Positions 1 through 12,700 of a stretch of 64,000 nt of DNA are shown piece by piece. Within the stretch, counting starts at the first letter, position 1; every line of letters begins with the position of its first letter. The translations under genes were made by a program, and so were the position numbers. Where the stretch lies: the NCBI GenBank assembly GCA_002269645.1, contig NIVC01002902.1:66686-130685 (forward strand), given 5' to 3'. The stretch comes from Macrostomum lignano (lineage: Eukaryota). The notes beneath the pieces are model-generated. The model was not told where the DNA came from, did not search any database, and saw only the letters and a list, made by a program, of their open reading frames with translations.

Positions 1-44
1 ATTGTCATTTATGCAATAATGTCCCTGCTCTAATCCACTGAAGG

Positions 45-403
45 TCACTTGTCAATCAGGGTGACGAGAATGTTTGGCAGGCCGTACAGGATCATGTTGA
101 ATGACGTCCGGTTCGCTGCGGCCGCATCCGCCTCGGAGCCGTCGGTGGCCGCAGCTCCGGCTGCCGTCTCCGTCATCGCTGTTCCAGCATCCGCGCCAGT
201 AGCTGTCGCGGCATCCTGCAGAGCCTGACCGTCAGGCACTTCAGCGACTGCTGCGGCTGCGTCACCGTTGATCGCCTCGCCAGTTGCAGGGGCCGCAGGC
301 TCGTCAGAAGCTGCAGCTGCGGCATCCTCGGGGTTGGCGCGCTTGTACGGCTCGTAGACAAAGTTGAAGGCTTGGCCCACCGTCTTGCCGCCCTCGCGCA
401 CGT
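45..403 (-). CDS. Probable last coding exon of a minus-strand gene of unknown product (Ala/Glu/Asp-rich tail)
   Basis: GC-rich open frame ending in TGA at 45-47. It is preceded on the minus strand by a pyrimidine-rich acceptor (ctccccaaacttggcttcaaaacccctcAG|acgtg) at 404-405. Upstream exons were not found. Confidence 0.5.
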
Positions 404-502
404 CTGAGGGGTTTTGAAGCCAAGTTTGGGGAGTTGATATCTTTGATTCAGTGTATATAGAAGTATATGAGGTAAATAGCATTTCTATTCCGTGGACACA
501 GT

Positions 503-581
503 GGGGGGAGACGTAGTCCAGTGGTCTGGTGCGGTGCTCTGATGTTCCAGAGGCCCAGGCTCGATTCCAAGTGCATTCTCA
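503..581 (+). mobile_element. tRNA-derived SINE-like head or tRNA pseudogene
   Basis: A-box-like TAGTCCAGTGG and B-box-like GGCTCGATTCC at tRNA-like spacing; the cloverleaf is poor. Confidence 0.35.
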
Positions 582-1504
582 AAAATTTGGGACTATGTTG
601 GAATCTTTGCTTGGCTCTTCTCGTGCATTTTACTTGAAGTGTACATGCCTAACGTACAGGTGTAACCTAAGCGGGTTGTAGCCAAGTGGTTCGAGCGTCG
701 GACTCACGACTTACTCGAGACTCGAGGTGCTGTAAGCCAATTTGCTTGACAACTGGAACTGAGGAAACCACGGTAATAAGTTTTTGAGTCAGCAATATGG
801 CAGCAGTTGGCTTGTCTACTCATTCCTTTCTCTATTAGCTCAGAGCTGCTTGTCTGTGTGAAGTCTTTTGTTACCTTTTGCCTCTCATTACTTGCTTGAC
901 TGGCTGAAAACATAGCTTACTCGTATGCGAACCAAGGACTACTCAAGCACTCCACTCTATTCTACTTGAGTAGTCTTTGGTGCAAACCTGCTGTTGACTC
1001 CTCCCTGACAGGCTGCTCAAGCATCTCAAGCAGCGGCAGAAGCCCCCGCACAAGACAACAACAGCTCAAATAATCTATAAGCTACTTGGCTCCTTCTTAG
1101 CTTCTAAAACTAAAAAAACAATGGAATCATGCGGCTGTCACTCAATCCCAACTTCCTCAGCCTCAAGGATCAGCCATTGTGTGAGCAGCTCCTTCACTTA
1201 GCTGTGAGGGGCTCAACAGCAGTGCTGATGCAATGCGTCTCTCTGCAAGCTGAAACTCAAGAAAAACCAATACTGGTTCTTAACTGTTGTTCGGTGCATC
1301 TTTAGCGGCTGCAACTCCATCACCGGATGCTGGCAGGCGAATACGGGGCCTCGATTGGCGTACAGGCCCAGAAACGTACCTTAAAGACGCTGTTTTTAAA
1401 AGACCTGACGCATCCTGTATTGTTTTTATTATTATTGTAGCTTTACAGGCTTTAGGCAACTGCGTGGGCTTTCTGATTACTTGAGTGATACTGGGCAATT
1501 GTCA

Positions 1505-2073
1505 TGCATTGGTCACTGCAGGTATTGGTCACTGCAGGCATTGGTCACTGCAGGCATTGGTCACTGCAGGCATTGGTCACTGCAGGCATTGGTCACTGCA
1601 GGCATTGGTCACTGCAGGCATTGGTCACTGCAGGCATTGGTCACTGCAGGCATTGGTCACTGCAGGCATTGGTCACTGCATGCATTGGTCACTGCAGGCA
1701 TTGGTCACTGCATGCATTGGTCACTGCAGGCAATGGTCACTGCAGGCATTGGTCACTGCATGCATTGGTCACTGCAGGCATTGGTCACTGCAGGCATTGG
1801 TCACTGCAGGCATTGGTCACTGCAGGCATTGGTCACTGCATGCATTGGTCACTGCAGGCATTGGTCACTGCATGCATTGGTCACTGCAGGCAATGGTCAC
1901 TGCAGGCATTGGTCACTGCAGGCATTGGTCACTGCAGGCATTGGTCACTGCAGGCATTGGTCACTGCAGGCATTGGTCACTGCAGGCATTGGTCACTGCA
2001 GGCATTGGTCACTGCATGCATTGGTCACTGCAGGCATTGGTCACTGCATGCATTGGTCACTGCAGGCATTGGT
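1505..2073. repeat. 16-bp minisatellite (gcattggtcactgcag)n, ~35 units
   Basis: Direct tandem repeat; explains the repetitive ORFs in three frames. Confidence 0.97.
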
Positions 2074-2956
2074 TTCGCTACCGTTGCAAGCACAGCAGCA
2101 TTTGAAGAACTATGTTAATACAGTTCCATCAGCACACTTTTTGACCCCTTGCTGATCTTGGATTTCATTTGCGTAGCTGGTGCGAAATTAATAATTAACT
2201 TTTGTGGTCTTGAACAGCAACTGCAGCAAAACACGTTGCGTGCTTTTGTGCGGCTCACAAGCTTCCTGTTACAACTAGGGCAGTCAATCACAAAAGCATG
2301 AAACTGAGTAGCCACAGCTTAGATGAAGAGAGCTGCCACCACATTCGATTCAACCACAAGGTTTTACAACCTATAGCCTCACTAAAATAGGGGTAATTTT
2401 GAATGTCGTGTATTTTCGAAACTGAGTTTATGGGACTTTGAAATTACTCGGATGTGTCTGCTGGTGCATCATACTGTAATCTCATGGAAAATCTGTACAT
2501 CAGTCAGGCGATTCGGTGACTCATCGATAGTTGGAACGAGCCGCAGAAGATGGTTTGTAATATTTCCCACAAGTTTCCAGGCTCAGCTGCAGGATATGAA
2601 ACAGCTTGAAAAGTGTTTTTAGAGCTCACGACCAACTTTATTTAGTCTTTACTCTGCAAATGCTGACTTGCAGGAGATTTTCTGTTATCTGCTTAGATCA
2701 GAACTCCCATCTCAAGCGGCATCTTCAAAGCCGATTCTCAGTGCTTGTAAAAATCGATCATTTTTCCAACTGGCAGTATAAAAAGCTAGGAAATGAGAAA
2801 CAAATGCATTCGCTATCCAATGACAAGCATCCAGTGTGCAGTATCCAATGACAAGGTAGAAGATAACGATATTAGTGCAAAGTCTGTCTCAAAAGCGCGA
2901 AACCTTGAAATGAAATTTGCCAATTCCGCAGCCTAATGAAAGTATGCGGAGAAGAT

Positions 2957-3742
2957 ATGCCTTTAGAAACTGTCTTCGCTGTCTATTCTCTGTTGCTCAT
3001 TTGGCTCTGGAGCTGCATGGCCTCTACAACTCCGAGTCCGCTGGGTTTTCAGTACATCAGCTGTTATGTGGACGGTCTCTATAACAGCAACCGAGACTTG
3101 CGAGGACTTCAAGGCATTGTCAAGTTCGGTCCGTACGCCACGGAACCGACTGTGCACGCCTTTGTGCAGAGGCCGGGCGAGATGACGCTGCAGCTGTGCG
3201 CCGACATCTGCAAGTGCGGCCGATTCCGCTACTTCGGGGCTCGGGCGGGCGAGTACTGCTGCTGCAGGTCGGCCTACGGCTCTATCGGAGCCGCTCCTGA
3301 CTCCCAGTGCAATTCTCAATGCGCCGGGAATGCATCTCAGGTGTGCGGTGGTGGCTATAGAAATTCAATCTATGAAATCATCTACCCGAAATGTAAGCGA
3401 ATGAAATGTTTGTCGGTATGGGTGACTTTGGCTTCGTGCACATGATGGGTTTGAATCGGGTGGGTATGTTAATAAGCATGAGCTCGTAATATCAAATCAC
3501 CATGATGCTAACCAGATAAAAACATTTCGAAGAAGCTGGCAGCTGCATCGATGCCCAACATGAGCAGGGCTCAGAGCTCCATCACTCACAGCAGTTTCCC
3601 AGCCAGAGTTGAATTCGAGTGCAGCGCCGCCTGCCACAGCAGCCCGAGCTGCCTGGGCAGCGCCTTCTCGCCATCAGGCCGGATGTGCCGCCTGTCCGAG
3701 GAGTTGGCCAGCGAGTTCGAGTACGTCTGGATGAAGCCGTGA
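2957..3742 (+). CDS. Secreted WSC-domain + PAN/apple-like protein, copy A (exons 2957-3392, 3516-3742)
   Basis: Hydrophobic signal-like N-terminus and WSC cysteine pattern (YISCYVD...MTLQLCADIC...YFG...CCC...CNSQCAGNASQVCGG). Phase-1 intron GTAAGC 3393 to AG 3515 joins in frame to a PAN-like CxxxC..C..C exon. Start could be 2936. Confidence 0.85.
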
Positions 3743-4650
3743 GGCTGGGAGCAGCCAGCAGCTGTCAGAATGGAATCGATTGCAATAATTAGCCAATCAG
3801 AACTCTGGGAATGTTGAAGGAACAACTTTAAGCTGACTTTACGCTCGTATTGCTGGATTGAAACTCTCTCAAAAGACGCAATATTTCTGTTCGTAATGGG
3901 TCTGAAGCAGAGTCTTTTTTAAACTCAACGAGGCTGAGAACTATCTGATATCTTTATATATGAATGTATTTTTCATGTGCTCCGTTCTTGAGTATGTCAC
4001 TCTATCCTACTGACGAGACAGATACAGCTTTTGAGTTGGAGTCCAGAGTTAAGAACCAAGTTTCTTTTTTAAATTTGTAAAGCTGTACTTTACTTTGTTT
4101 CTTTTTTAACAACCTGAAACTCAACGCTTTGTGCTTCTTTTTAAGTGTGCTACCTCGTAAATCCCAAAATATACAGATCTACGATTGAAAAGCGCTCTGT
4201 TCTGAAATATTAACCAATTAAATGAACTGCTTTCTATGTGCGATTCTTATAGAAGACGATTGCTCAATGAGTGGCCTCAGTGCATGCTGCTTGACTCGAT
4301 TGCTACTTGAAACTTCAAGGCCCGCTTGCTCACCTGCTTGTATTTAGCGATACTTGTCTTCAAAAAGGAATTCTATTGGACTGTTTTAAAGAAACTTGCA
4401 CTAGGTTTGTGCTACAAAAGTGCATGTATATTTATAATGGCTTTATCTGTTCAATTTAGACATTTAACGTATAAAAGGCTAAAATGAGGAAAAGCACGTT
4501 TTTAAACTTTGAAGCCGGAAAAAAAACAAGTAGTGCACGAAAACAATTCGAAGGCCTCAAAGTGCAGCTCTACAAAATGCACTATAAAACGACATGTGTA
4601 CTTTTGTAGAAGTAGCTTACACCTGAAAATCCGCATGCATTCATTAGGCA

Positions 4651-5204
4651 GGTGACTGTAGGGATGGTGACTGTAGGGATGGTGACTGTAGGGATGGTGA
4701 CTATAGGGATGGTGACTGTGGGGATGGTGACTGTAGGGATGGTGACTGTAGGGATGGTGACTGTAGGGATGGTGACTGTAGGGATGGTGACTGTAGGGAT
4801 GGTGACTGTGGGATGGTGACTGTGGGGATGGTGACTGTAGGGATGGTGACTGTAGGGATGGTGACTGTAGGGATGGTGACTGTAGGGATGGTGACTGTAG
4901 GGATGGTGACTGTGGGATGGTGACTGTGGGATGGTGACTGTGGGGATGGTGACTGTAGGGATGGTGACTGTGGGGGATGGTGACTGTAGGGATGGTGACT
5001 GTGGGATGGTGACTGTAGGGATGGTGACTGTAGGGATGGTGACTGTAGGAATGGTGACTGTGGGGATGGTGACTGTAGGGATGGTGACTGTGGGGGATGG
5101 TGACTGTAGGGATGGTGACTGTGGGATGGTGACTGTAGGGATGGTGACTGTAGGGATGGTGACTGTAGGGTAGGTGACTGTAGGGATGGTGACTGTAGGA
5201 ATGG
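4651..5204. repeat. ~15-bp minisatellite (ggtgactgtagggat)n, ~37 units
   Basis: Direct tandem repeat with 14-16 bp variants; absent from copy B. Confidence 0.97.
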
Positions 5205-5904
5205 GCCGCAAGGCAGAGAGTACAGCCCTGCACTTTGAACTAAACAAACGCGCGGTCACATGACAAAAGAGGGGAGAGGGTCAGCCTGCTCTTGGCAATG
5301 AACTAAGAGCAGGCTGAGCGGAGAGACTCAGACACTGAAAGCGAGAACGCAGCGAAAAAAGGACGGGGAGGGAGAAAGGGAAGCTGCGACCAGCGGCAGC
5401 CAACAGCTCAGGACAGGCGCGGGAAACAGCTGACTAATTAAGTGGGGCACCTAACAGTAACTATTGCTCACTTTACTATCTTCTGTTCTTAAAGATTCCT
5501 TAAAAGAAAGCATTTTAATACACTGGCCTCCAACGGCCCTATAATGAGTGTGAGGCTCATATCTCGAAATTCTCTCTGTACCGCAAATTATTCAAGACAA
5601 ACTTTTATAGTCCAACAAGCAAGCAGGTGAGTTTGACAAAATGCAGAGTAATGCATAGTTTGAGTAGGGCAGGGTTATCGCTTGAGCAGTTTTTTTCAGC
5701 GCCGTTGTTAGGCAACCATATCGCCCCCCCATGCATTGCTCGAGTCAACTGTGTCACGCGTTCGCAGGCTGCTGGCTTGGCCTTCAAACCTCAGCTTTGT
5801 TATCTGCTATTTAGTGCAGAGCTGGTCTGGCTTGATGGTCCTGGTCAAGACAGGAGGTGCTGTTTTTCGCTTCGATGTAAGCACTTCGCCATTGCTTACA
5901 AGCC

Positions 5905-6570
5905 GCCGTGACTGACATCTGCCACTCTGACAGCAGCCGTGACTGACATCTGCCACTCTGACAGCAGCCGTGACTGACACCTGCCACTCTGACAGCAGCC
6001 GTGACTCACATCTGCCACTCTGACAGCAGCCGTGACTGACATCTGCCACTCTGACAGCAGCCGTGACTGACATCTGCCACTCTGACAGCAGCCGTGACTC
6101 ACATCTGCCACTCTGACAGCAGCCGTGACTGACATCTGCCACTCTGACAGCAGCCGTGACTGACATCTGCCACTCTGACAGCAGCCGTGACTGACATCTG
6201 CCACTCTGACAGCAGCCGTGACTGACACCTGCCACTCTGACAGCAGCCGTGACTCACATCTGCCACTCTGACAGCAGCCGTGACTGACATCTGCCACTCT
6301 GACAGCAGCCGTGACTGACATCTGCCACTCTGACAGCAGCCGTGACTGACACCTGCCACTCTGACAGCAGCCGTGACTGACATCTGCCACTCTGACAGCA
6401 GCCGTGACTGACATCTGCCACTCTGACAGCAGCCGTGACTGACATCTGCCACTCTGACAGCAGCCGTGACTGACATCTGCCACTCTGACAGCAGCCGTGA
6501 CTGACATCTGCCACTCTGACAGCATCCGTGACTGACATCTGCCACTCTGACAGCAGCCGTGACTGACATC
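5905..6570. repeat. 31-bp minisatellite (gtgactgacatctgccactctgacagcagcc)n, ~21 units
   Basis: Direct tandem repeat just upstream of the polypyrimidine tract preceding the ankyrin exon. Confidence 0.97.
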
Positions 6571-6728
6571 ATTCATTATATTCATTAAAAAAATTAGAGC
6601 AGTCAAACGACTTCTCTACCTTCTTTCTACTCAACTCACTAGCTTTTACTACCTTCCCTCTCCCTCGCCCTCTCTTTCTCCATCCACTCTTCCTCCCTCT
6701 CTAAAGTCTTTAACACGGCAGCCGCACA

Positions 6729-9700
6729 ATAGGCCAAAACCTCAGCAGCCGTCGGGCCGTCACCAGCGGCAACATCCGGGCAGTGAGAGCTCATGTGCGG
6801 CTTCGACCGGGACAAACACGGAAGACCCGCTTTTGCATAGAGAATGCTCGACTGGCTGTATGGCATCGTCAGTGGGAAGTCGTCAAGTTTCTCGTGCCAC
6901 AAGTCGCTGACCAAGCAAACAGAGATCGCTGCTGCATCGACGCTGCCGACTCTGCTGCAAGAAATGGTCAGTGGGAAGTCGTCAAGTTTCTCGTGTCACA
7001 AGTCGCTGACCAAGCAAACAGAGATCGCTGCTGCATCGATGCTGCCGAATCTGCTGCAAGAAATGGTCAGTGGGAAGTCGTCAAGTTTCTCGTGTCACAA
7101 GTCGCTGACCAAGCAAACAGAGATCGCTGCTGCATCGATGCTGCCGAATCTGCTGCAAGAAATGGTCAGTGGGAAGTCGTCAAGTTTCTCGTGTCACAAG
7201 TCGCTAACCAAGCAAGCAGAGATCAGTGCTGCATCGACGCTGCGGAATCTGCAGCAACAAATCGTCAGTGGGAAGTCGTCAAGTTTCTCGTGTCACAAGT
7301 CGCTGACCAAGCAAACACAGATCGCTGCTGCATCGACGCTGCAAAATTTGCTGCAGGATATGGTCACTTAAAAGTCGTCAAGTTTCTCGTGCCACAAGTC
7401 GCTGACCAAGCAAACAGAGATCGCTGCTGCATCGACGCTGCCGACTCTGCTGCAAGAGATGGTCACTTAGAAGTCGTCAAGTTTCTCGTGTCACAAGTCG
7501 CTGACCAAGCAAACAGAGATCGCTGCTGCATCGACGCTGCCAAATCTGCTGCAAGATATCGTCAGTGGGAAGTCGTCAAGTTTCTCGTGTCACAAGTCGC
7601 TGACCAAGCAAACAGAGATCGCTGCTGCATCGACGCTGCCAAATCTGCTGCAATATGTGGTCACTTAGTAGTCGTCAAGTTTCTCGTGCCACAAGTCGCA
7701 AACCAAGCAAACAGAGATCGCTGCTGCATCGACGCTGGCAAATCTGCTGCAAGATATCGTCAGTGGGAAGTCGTCAAGTTTCTCGTGTCACAAGTCGCTG
7801 ACCAAGCAAACAGAGATCGCTGCTGCATCGACGCTGCAAAATTTGCTGCAGGATATGGTCACTTAAAAGTCGTCAAGTTTCTCGTGCCACAAGTCGCTGA
7901 CCAAGCAAACAGAGATCGCTGCTGCATCGACGCTGCCGACTCTGCTGCAAGAAATGGTCAGTGGGAAGTCGTCAAGTTTCTCGTGTCACAAGTCGCTGAC
8001 CAAGCAAACAGAGATCGCTGCTGCATCGATGCTGCCGAATCTGCTGCAAGAAATGGTCAGTGGGAAGTCGTCAAGTTTCTCGTGTCACAAGTCGCTGACC
8101 AAGCAAACAGAGATCGCTGCTGCATCGATGCTGCCGAATCTGCTGCAAGAAATGGTCAGTGGGAAGTCGTCAAGTTTCTCGTGTCACAAGTCGCTAACCA
8201 AGCAAGCAGAGATCAGTGCTGCATCGACGCTGCGGAATCTGCAGCAACAAATCGTCAGTGGGAAGTCGTCAAGTTTCTCGTGTCACAAGTCGCTGACCAA
8301 GCAAACACAGATCGCTGCTGCATCGACGCTGCAAAATTTGCTGCAGGATATGGTCACTTAAAAGTCGTCAAGTTTCTCGTGCCACAAGTCGCTGACCAAG
8401 CAAACAGAGATCGCTGCTGCATCGACGCTGCCGACTCTGCTGCAAGAGATGGTCACTTAGAAGTCGTCAAGTTTCTCGTGTCACAAGTCGCTGACCAAGC
8501 AAACAGAGATCGCTGCTGCATCGACGCTGCCAAATCTGCTGCAAGATATCGTCAGTGGGAAGTCGTCAAGTTTCTCGTGTCACAAGTCGCTGACCAAGCA
8601 AACAGAGATCGCTGCTGCATCGACGCTGCCAAATCTGCTGCAATATGTGGTCACTTAGTAGTCGTCAAGTTTCTCGTGCCACAAGTCGCAAACCAAGCAA
8701 ACAGAGATCGCTGCTGCATCGACGCTGGCAAATCTGCTGCAAGATATCGTCAGTGGGAAGTCGTCAAGTTTCTCGTGTCACAAGTCGCTGACCAAGCAAA
8801 CAGAGATCGCTGCTGCATCGACGCTGCAAAATTTGCTGCAGGATATGGTCACTTAAAAGTCGTCAAGTTTCTCGTGCCACAAGTCGCTGACCAAGCAAAC
8901 AGAGATCGCTGCTGCATCGACGCTGCCGACTCTGCTGCAAGAAATGGTCAGTGGGAAGTCGTCAAGTTTCTCGTGTCACAAGTCGCTGACCAAGCAAACA
9001 GAGATCGCTGCTGCATCGATGCTGCCGAATCTGCTGCAAGAAATGGTCAGTGGGAAGTCGTCAAGTTTCTCGTGTCACAAGTCGCTGACCAAGCAAACAG
9101 AGATCGCTGCTGCATCGATGCTGCCGAATCTGCTGCAAGAAATGGTCAGTGGGAAGTCGTCAAGTTTCTCGTGTCACAAGTCGCTAACCAAGCAAGCAGA
9201 GATCAGTGCTGCATCGACGCTGCGGAATCTGCAGCAACAAATCGTCAGTGGGAAGTCGTCAAGTTTCTCGTGCCACAAGTCGCTGACCAAGCAAACAGAG
9301 ATCGCTGCTGCATCGACGCTGCCCACTCTGCTGCAAGAAATGGTCAGTGGGAAGTCGTCAAGTTTCTCGTGTCACAAGTCGCTGACCAAGCAAACAGAGA
9401 TCGCTGCTGCATCAAAGCTGCTGAATCTGCTGCAAGAAATGGTCAATTAGAGGCTGTAAAGTTCCTCATCTCGTGTCTCTCAAGTCCGGATCAGAAAGCG
9501 AATCTGCATTTCCATTGCGCAGTCGCGGCTTGCTCTTGTCTTCGCAAAGATGTCGTAACCTTTCTCGGCCTCGAGCCCGACTGGCTCTTCCAATCCAGCT
9601 CCATCCTCAGCTTCACTGCAGCAATGGCTATCGAAGGCAGGAACTCTGTTCTCAACGACACCCTCTCTCGAATGCAGCCAGCTCACATCACACAGCTGCT

Positions 9701-12700
9701 CCGTCTTTCCATCTCTCAAAGACACGTCGCTCTTGCTGCCACCTTGATCAATGATGAGCGAGTCAGCACAGAGCATGTCGATCTGCCAGACAGCACTGGA
9801 GCCACTGCTCTCATGCTGGCAGCTGATGCAGGTCATCACGAGCTCATTGAGAAACTCATCGATCTCGGTGCGTCAGTGCGTGCTGAAGACAGTCAGGGTC
9901 GGACTGCTCTGTCACGAGCGTGCGAAGCCGGTCACGTGCGAGCAGCCAAAGCTCTGATGGACAGAGAAGCGGATGCGAGTAATCGAGACGGTAAGGGTCA
10001 GACGTGTGCTCAGGTGGCAGAGCGATTTGAGCAGCGGCAGGTGCTACGGCTGCTGGATCTCAGTGGAGCGGGGTGAGTGCAACGAGAATTTCACAGTTCT
10101 TTTCAGTATAGTATTGTGTTTTACTTGTGTTTTATTCTTTAGTCTTTTGGAATGTTTTTCCTGCTGGCCAATCCTGCTGGTCTTTTCACTACATTAGCTT
10201 CATTGCGTTTCATGCCTCTGCAATTGCCGTCTTTTCTTCTTAAAAGAAAAGTTCCAAATCCCTGCTGGCAGACAGGATGAGCAGCCAAGCCCAGTTCGCG
10301 CATCTCTTGCTCACTGTCTTCTTTCTCTCGGTCATCTGCTGCTGCCCGCCTCTCCCAGTACACAACAATATGTTGTGTACTCTAACAGTACAATATGAGA
10401 ACCCTGGCTTTCCTATCCGCATTGCAGAAGCCCAGAGGCCGGGCAGGCAGCCGCTCACGGCTTGGATTCAAGGCTTCATCGGTGAGTCTGACCGGTACGG
10501 CTTTCACTGCCGCATTGCGCCTTCCATCAGGCTGGCAGCTTGGGGCAGAAATTGCAGCGAATCTCAGGAGGGTTGAGATTGGGTTGGACTGAGTTCTGCA
10601 GCAGCTGCACTCGCAGCTCTCCTGCTTGAGATGCCAGTCTGAGTGCTGCAGCAGCTGCACTCTCGGCTCTCCTGCTTGAGATGCCAGTCTGAGTGCTGCA
10701 GCAGCTGCACTCTCAGCTCTCCTGCTTGAGATGCCAGTCTGAGTGCTGCAGCAGCTGCACTCTCGGCTCTCCTGCTTGAGATGCCAGTCTGGCACTCTCA
10801 GCTCTCCTGCTTGAGATGCCAGTCTGAGTGCTGCAGCAGCTGCACTCTCGGCTCTCCTGCTTGAGATGCCAGTCTGAGTGCTGCAGCAGCTGCACTCTCA
10901 GCTCTCCTGCTTGAGATGCCAGTCTGAGTGCTGCAGCAGCTGCACTCTCGGCTCTCCTGCTTGAGATGCCAGTCTGAGTGCTGCAGCAGCTGCACTCTCG
11001 GCTCTCCTGCTTGAGATGCCAGTCTGGCACTCTCAGCTCTCCTGCTTGAGATGCCAGTCTGAGTGCTGCAGCAGCTGCAGTCTCAGCTCTCCTGCTTGAG
11101 ATGCCAGTCTGAGTGCTGCAGCAGCTGCACTCTCAGCTCTCCTGCTTGAGATGCCAGTCTGGGTGCTGCAGCAGCTGCACTCTCAGCTCTCCTGCTTGAG
11201 ATGCCAGTCTGAGTTCTGCAGCAGCTTCACTCTCAGCTTTCCTACTTGAGATGCCAGTCTGAGTGCTTGTTCTGTCCATCCAACTCTGAGCAACTCGGAT
11301 CATTGCAGGCTCTCAAACGACTCCCAGCAAGACACGCGCCTGAGCGAGGAGCTGTATCGACTGCTCAACGATGCGGGGTTCACCTGGCAGAGAGCAAAGT
11401 GTCAGCAGATACTGGCTGACTGGCTGGAAGGAGTCGCTCGAGTCCTCACACAGGATCACAGGCAGATGACGGGCAGCTACGCAGAGGGCTGGGCCAACAG
11501 TCTGGTGCAAGTGAACGGCAGGACAGCTGCAGACTCGGACATTGACTGGACTGTGCTGGTTGCTGGGCAAGAGTTCCATCTGGAAGGTGGCTGCGTTGGA
11601 AAAAAAAGTCGGTTGAAATCCTGCAGAGACGCCACTCGTCTGAAGGTCACGGAAGGCCACGCACAGGTGGCAGTGGGAGCAGGTAAGTGAGGCTGAGTAA
11701 ATCATACGAAAACGACGAGCATCAATCAAACAGTAACTTAAATCAAATATTTTTCATATTTTTCTGAATAATATCAAATGAATACTTTCTCCTTCTGTTC
11801 CTCCAGGCGCATCTACAAAAATACTTTTCTCCATTCAGTAATAACAGTAGTAGCACTGACACGGGAGCAGAACAAAGTCAATTAACAAAATCAAGCAGTT
11901 TCAAACCAACCCATGTTTTTCACTCCCCTCAAAGCGACTTTCCTCTTATTGCCCTCTGCAGGCAGCCAACCTGCAGCCACAGCCACGGCGTGCGGTGTGC
12001 GACCTGCACAGGACACATGCCATGCGATCGACTGCTGCAGCAGTTTCTGTGAGGACAGATATAAAAAACTGCTTTCATTCGCTTTTCATGTTCACCTCGT
12101 TCGGGCGACCAGACCGAGCTCGACCAACGAGCTCAGAGTGAGCTTCAGCTTCCATGAGAAATACATCATGAGAGAGCTGAGCACAGTCCAGGGCCAGCTG
12201 TTCACACTCATCAAGTTCATCTTCAAGAAACACTTGCCACTCACTCTGGAGACACCTGGACTCAAGACCTACCATGCAAAGACTCTGCTCTTCACAATGT
12301 TGGAGAAGCATGGCACATATCCTGAAACTGAGGCTTGGCAGCCCCACAATCTGATCGCTCTGTTAAAGGAGTGTCTTGACATGATGCTGAGCTTCATCGA
12401 CTCGAGCAGCTCGCCCGATGAGTGCATGCCGCACTTCTTCATGTCCGACGCTCCGCTCTACTTCAAGAACGCTGGAATCGGCGGCGACTTCGACAACACA
12501 AAGGCGAGGGTTCGAGACCGACTTTTTGAGCTGAGAAGCGACATCAGCGGAGTGGTCGAGCAGTTGAGGAGACACGTGGGACCTCTGCAGTCAGAGAAGT
12601 TCTACTTTCACATGTTCACTCTGCTGCCTCTGACAGCGCCGCCTGCTGTCACGGAGATCAGGAAAGGAATTTGGAGTTCAGAAATGTACTACAAGTTCGC

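Noticed and set aside
670-712. tRNA gene
   Set aside because: Only an A-box-like 5' half; no B box or acceptor stem, and it is cut at the duplication boundary.
2115-2315. Minus-strand Cys-rich ORF (CPSC...CCSC), also at 24059-24259
   Set aside because: Conservation is explained by the recent duplication; short, with no supported gene structure.
1481-6606. Long ORFs over the 16-, 15- and 31-bp minisatellites
   Set aside because: Open frames arise from stop-free repeat units and appear in several frames at once.
6870-9480. TALE-like DNA-binding repeats (33-aa units with a variable di-residue)
   Set aside because: No LTPxQVVAIAS-type similarity; the AAxxGHLEVVKFLV core is ankyrin-like. The parallel is only conceptual.
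11913-11961. Stand-alone Mab-21 gene starting at 11913 (or 30070 in copy B)
   Set aside because: These starts lie in the intron 3 pyrimidine tract and would omit the GS and DxD catalytic exon.
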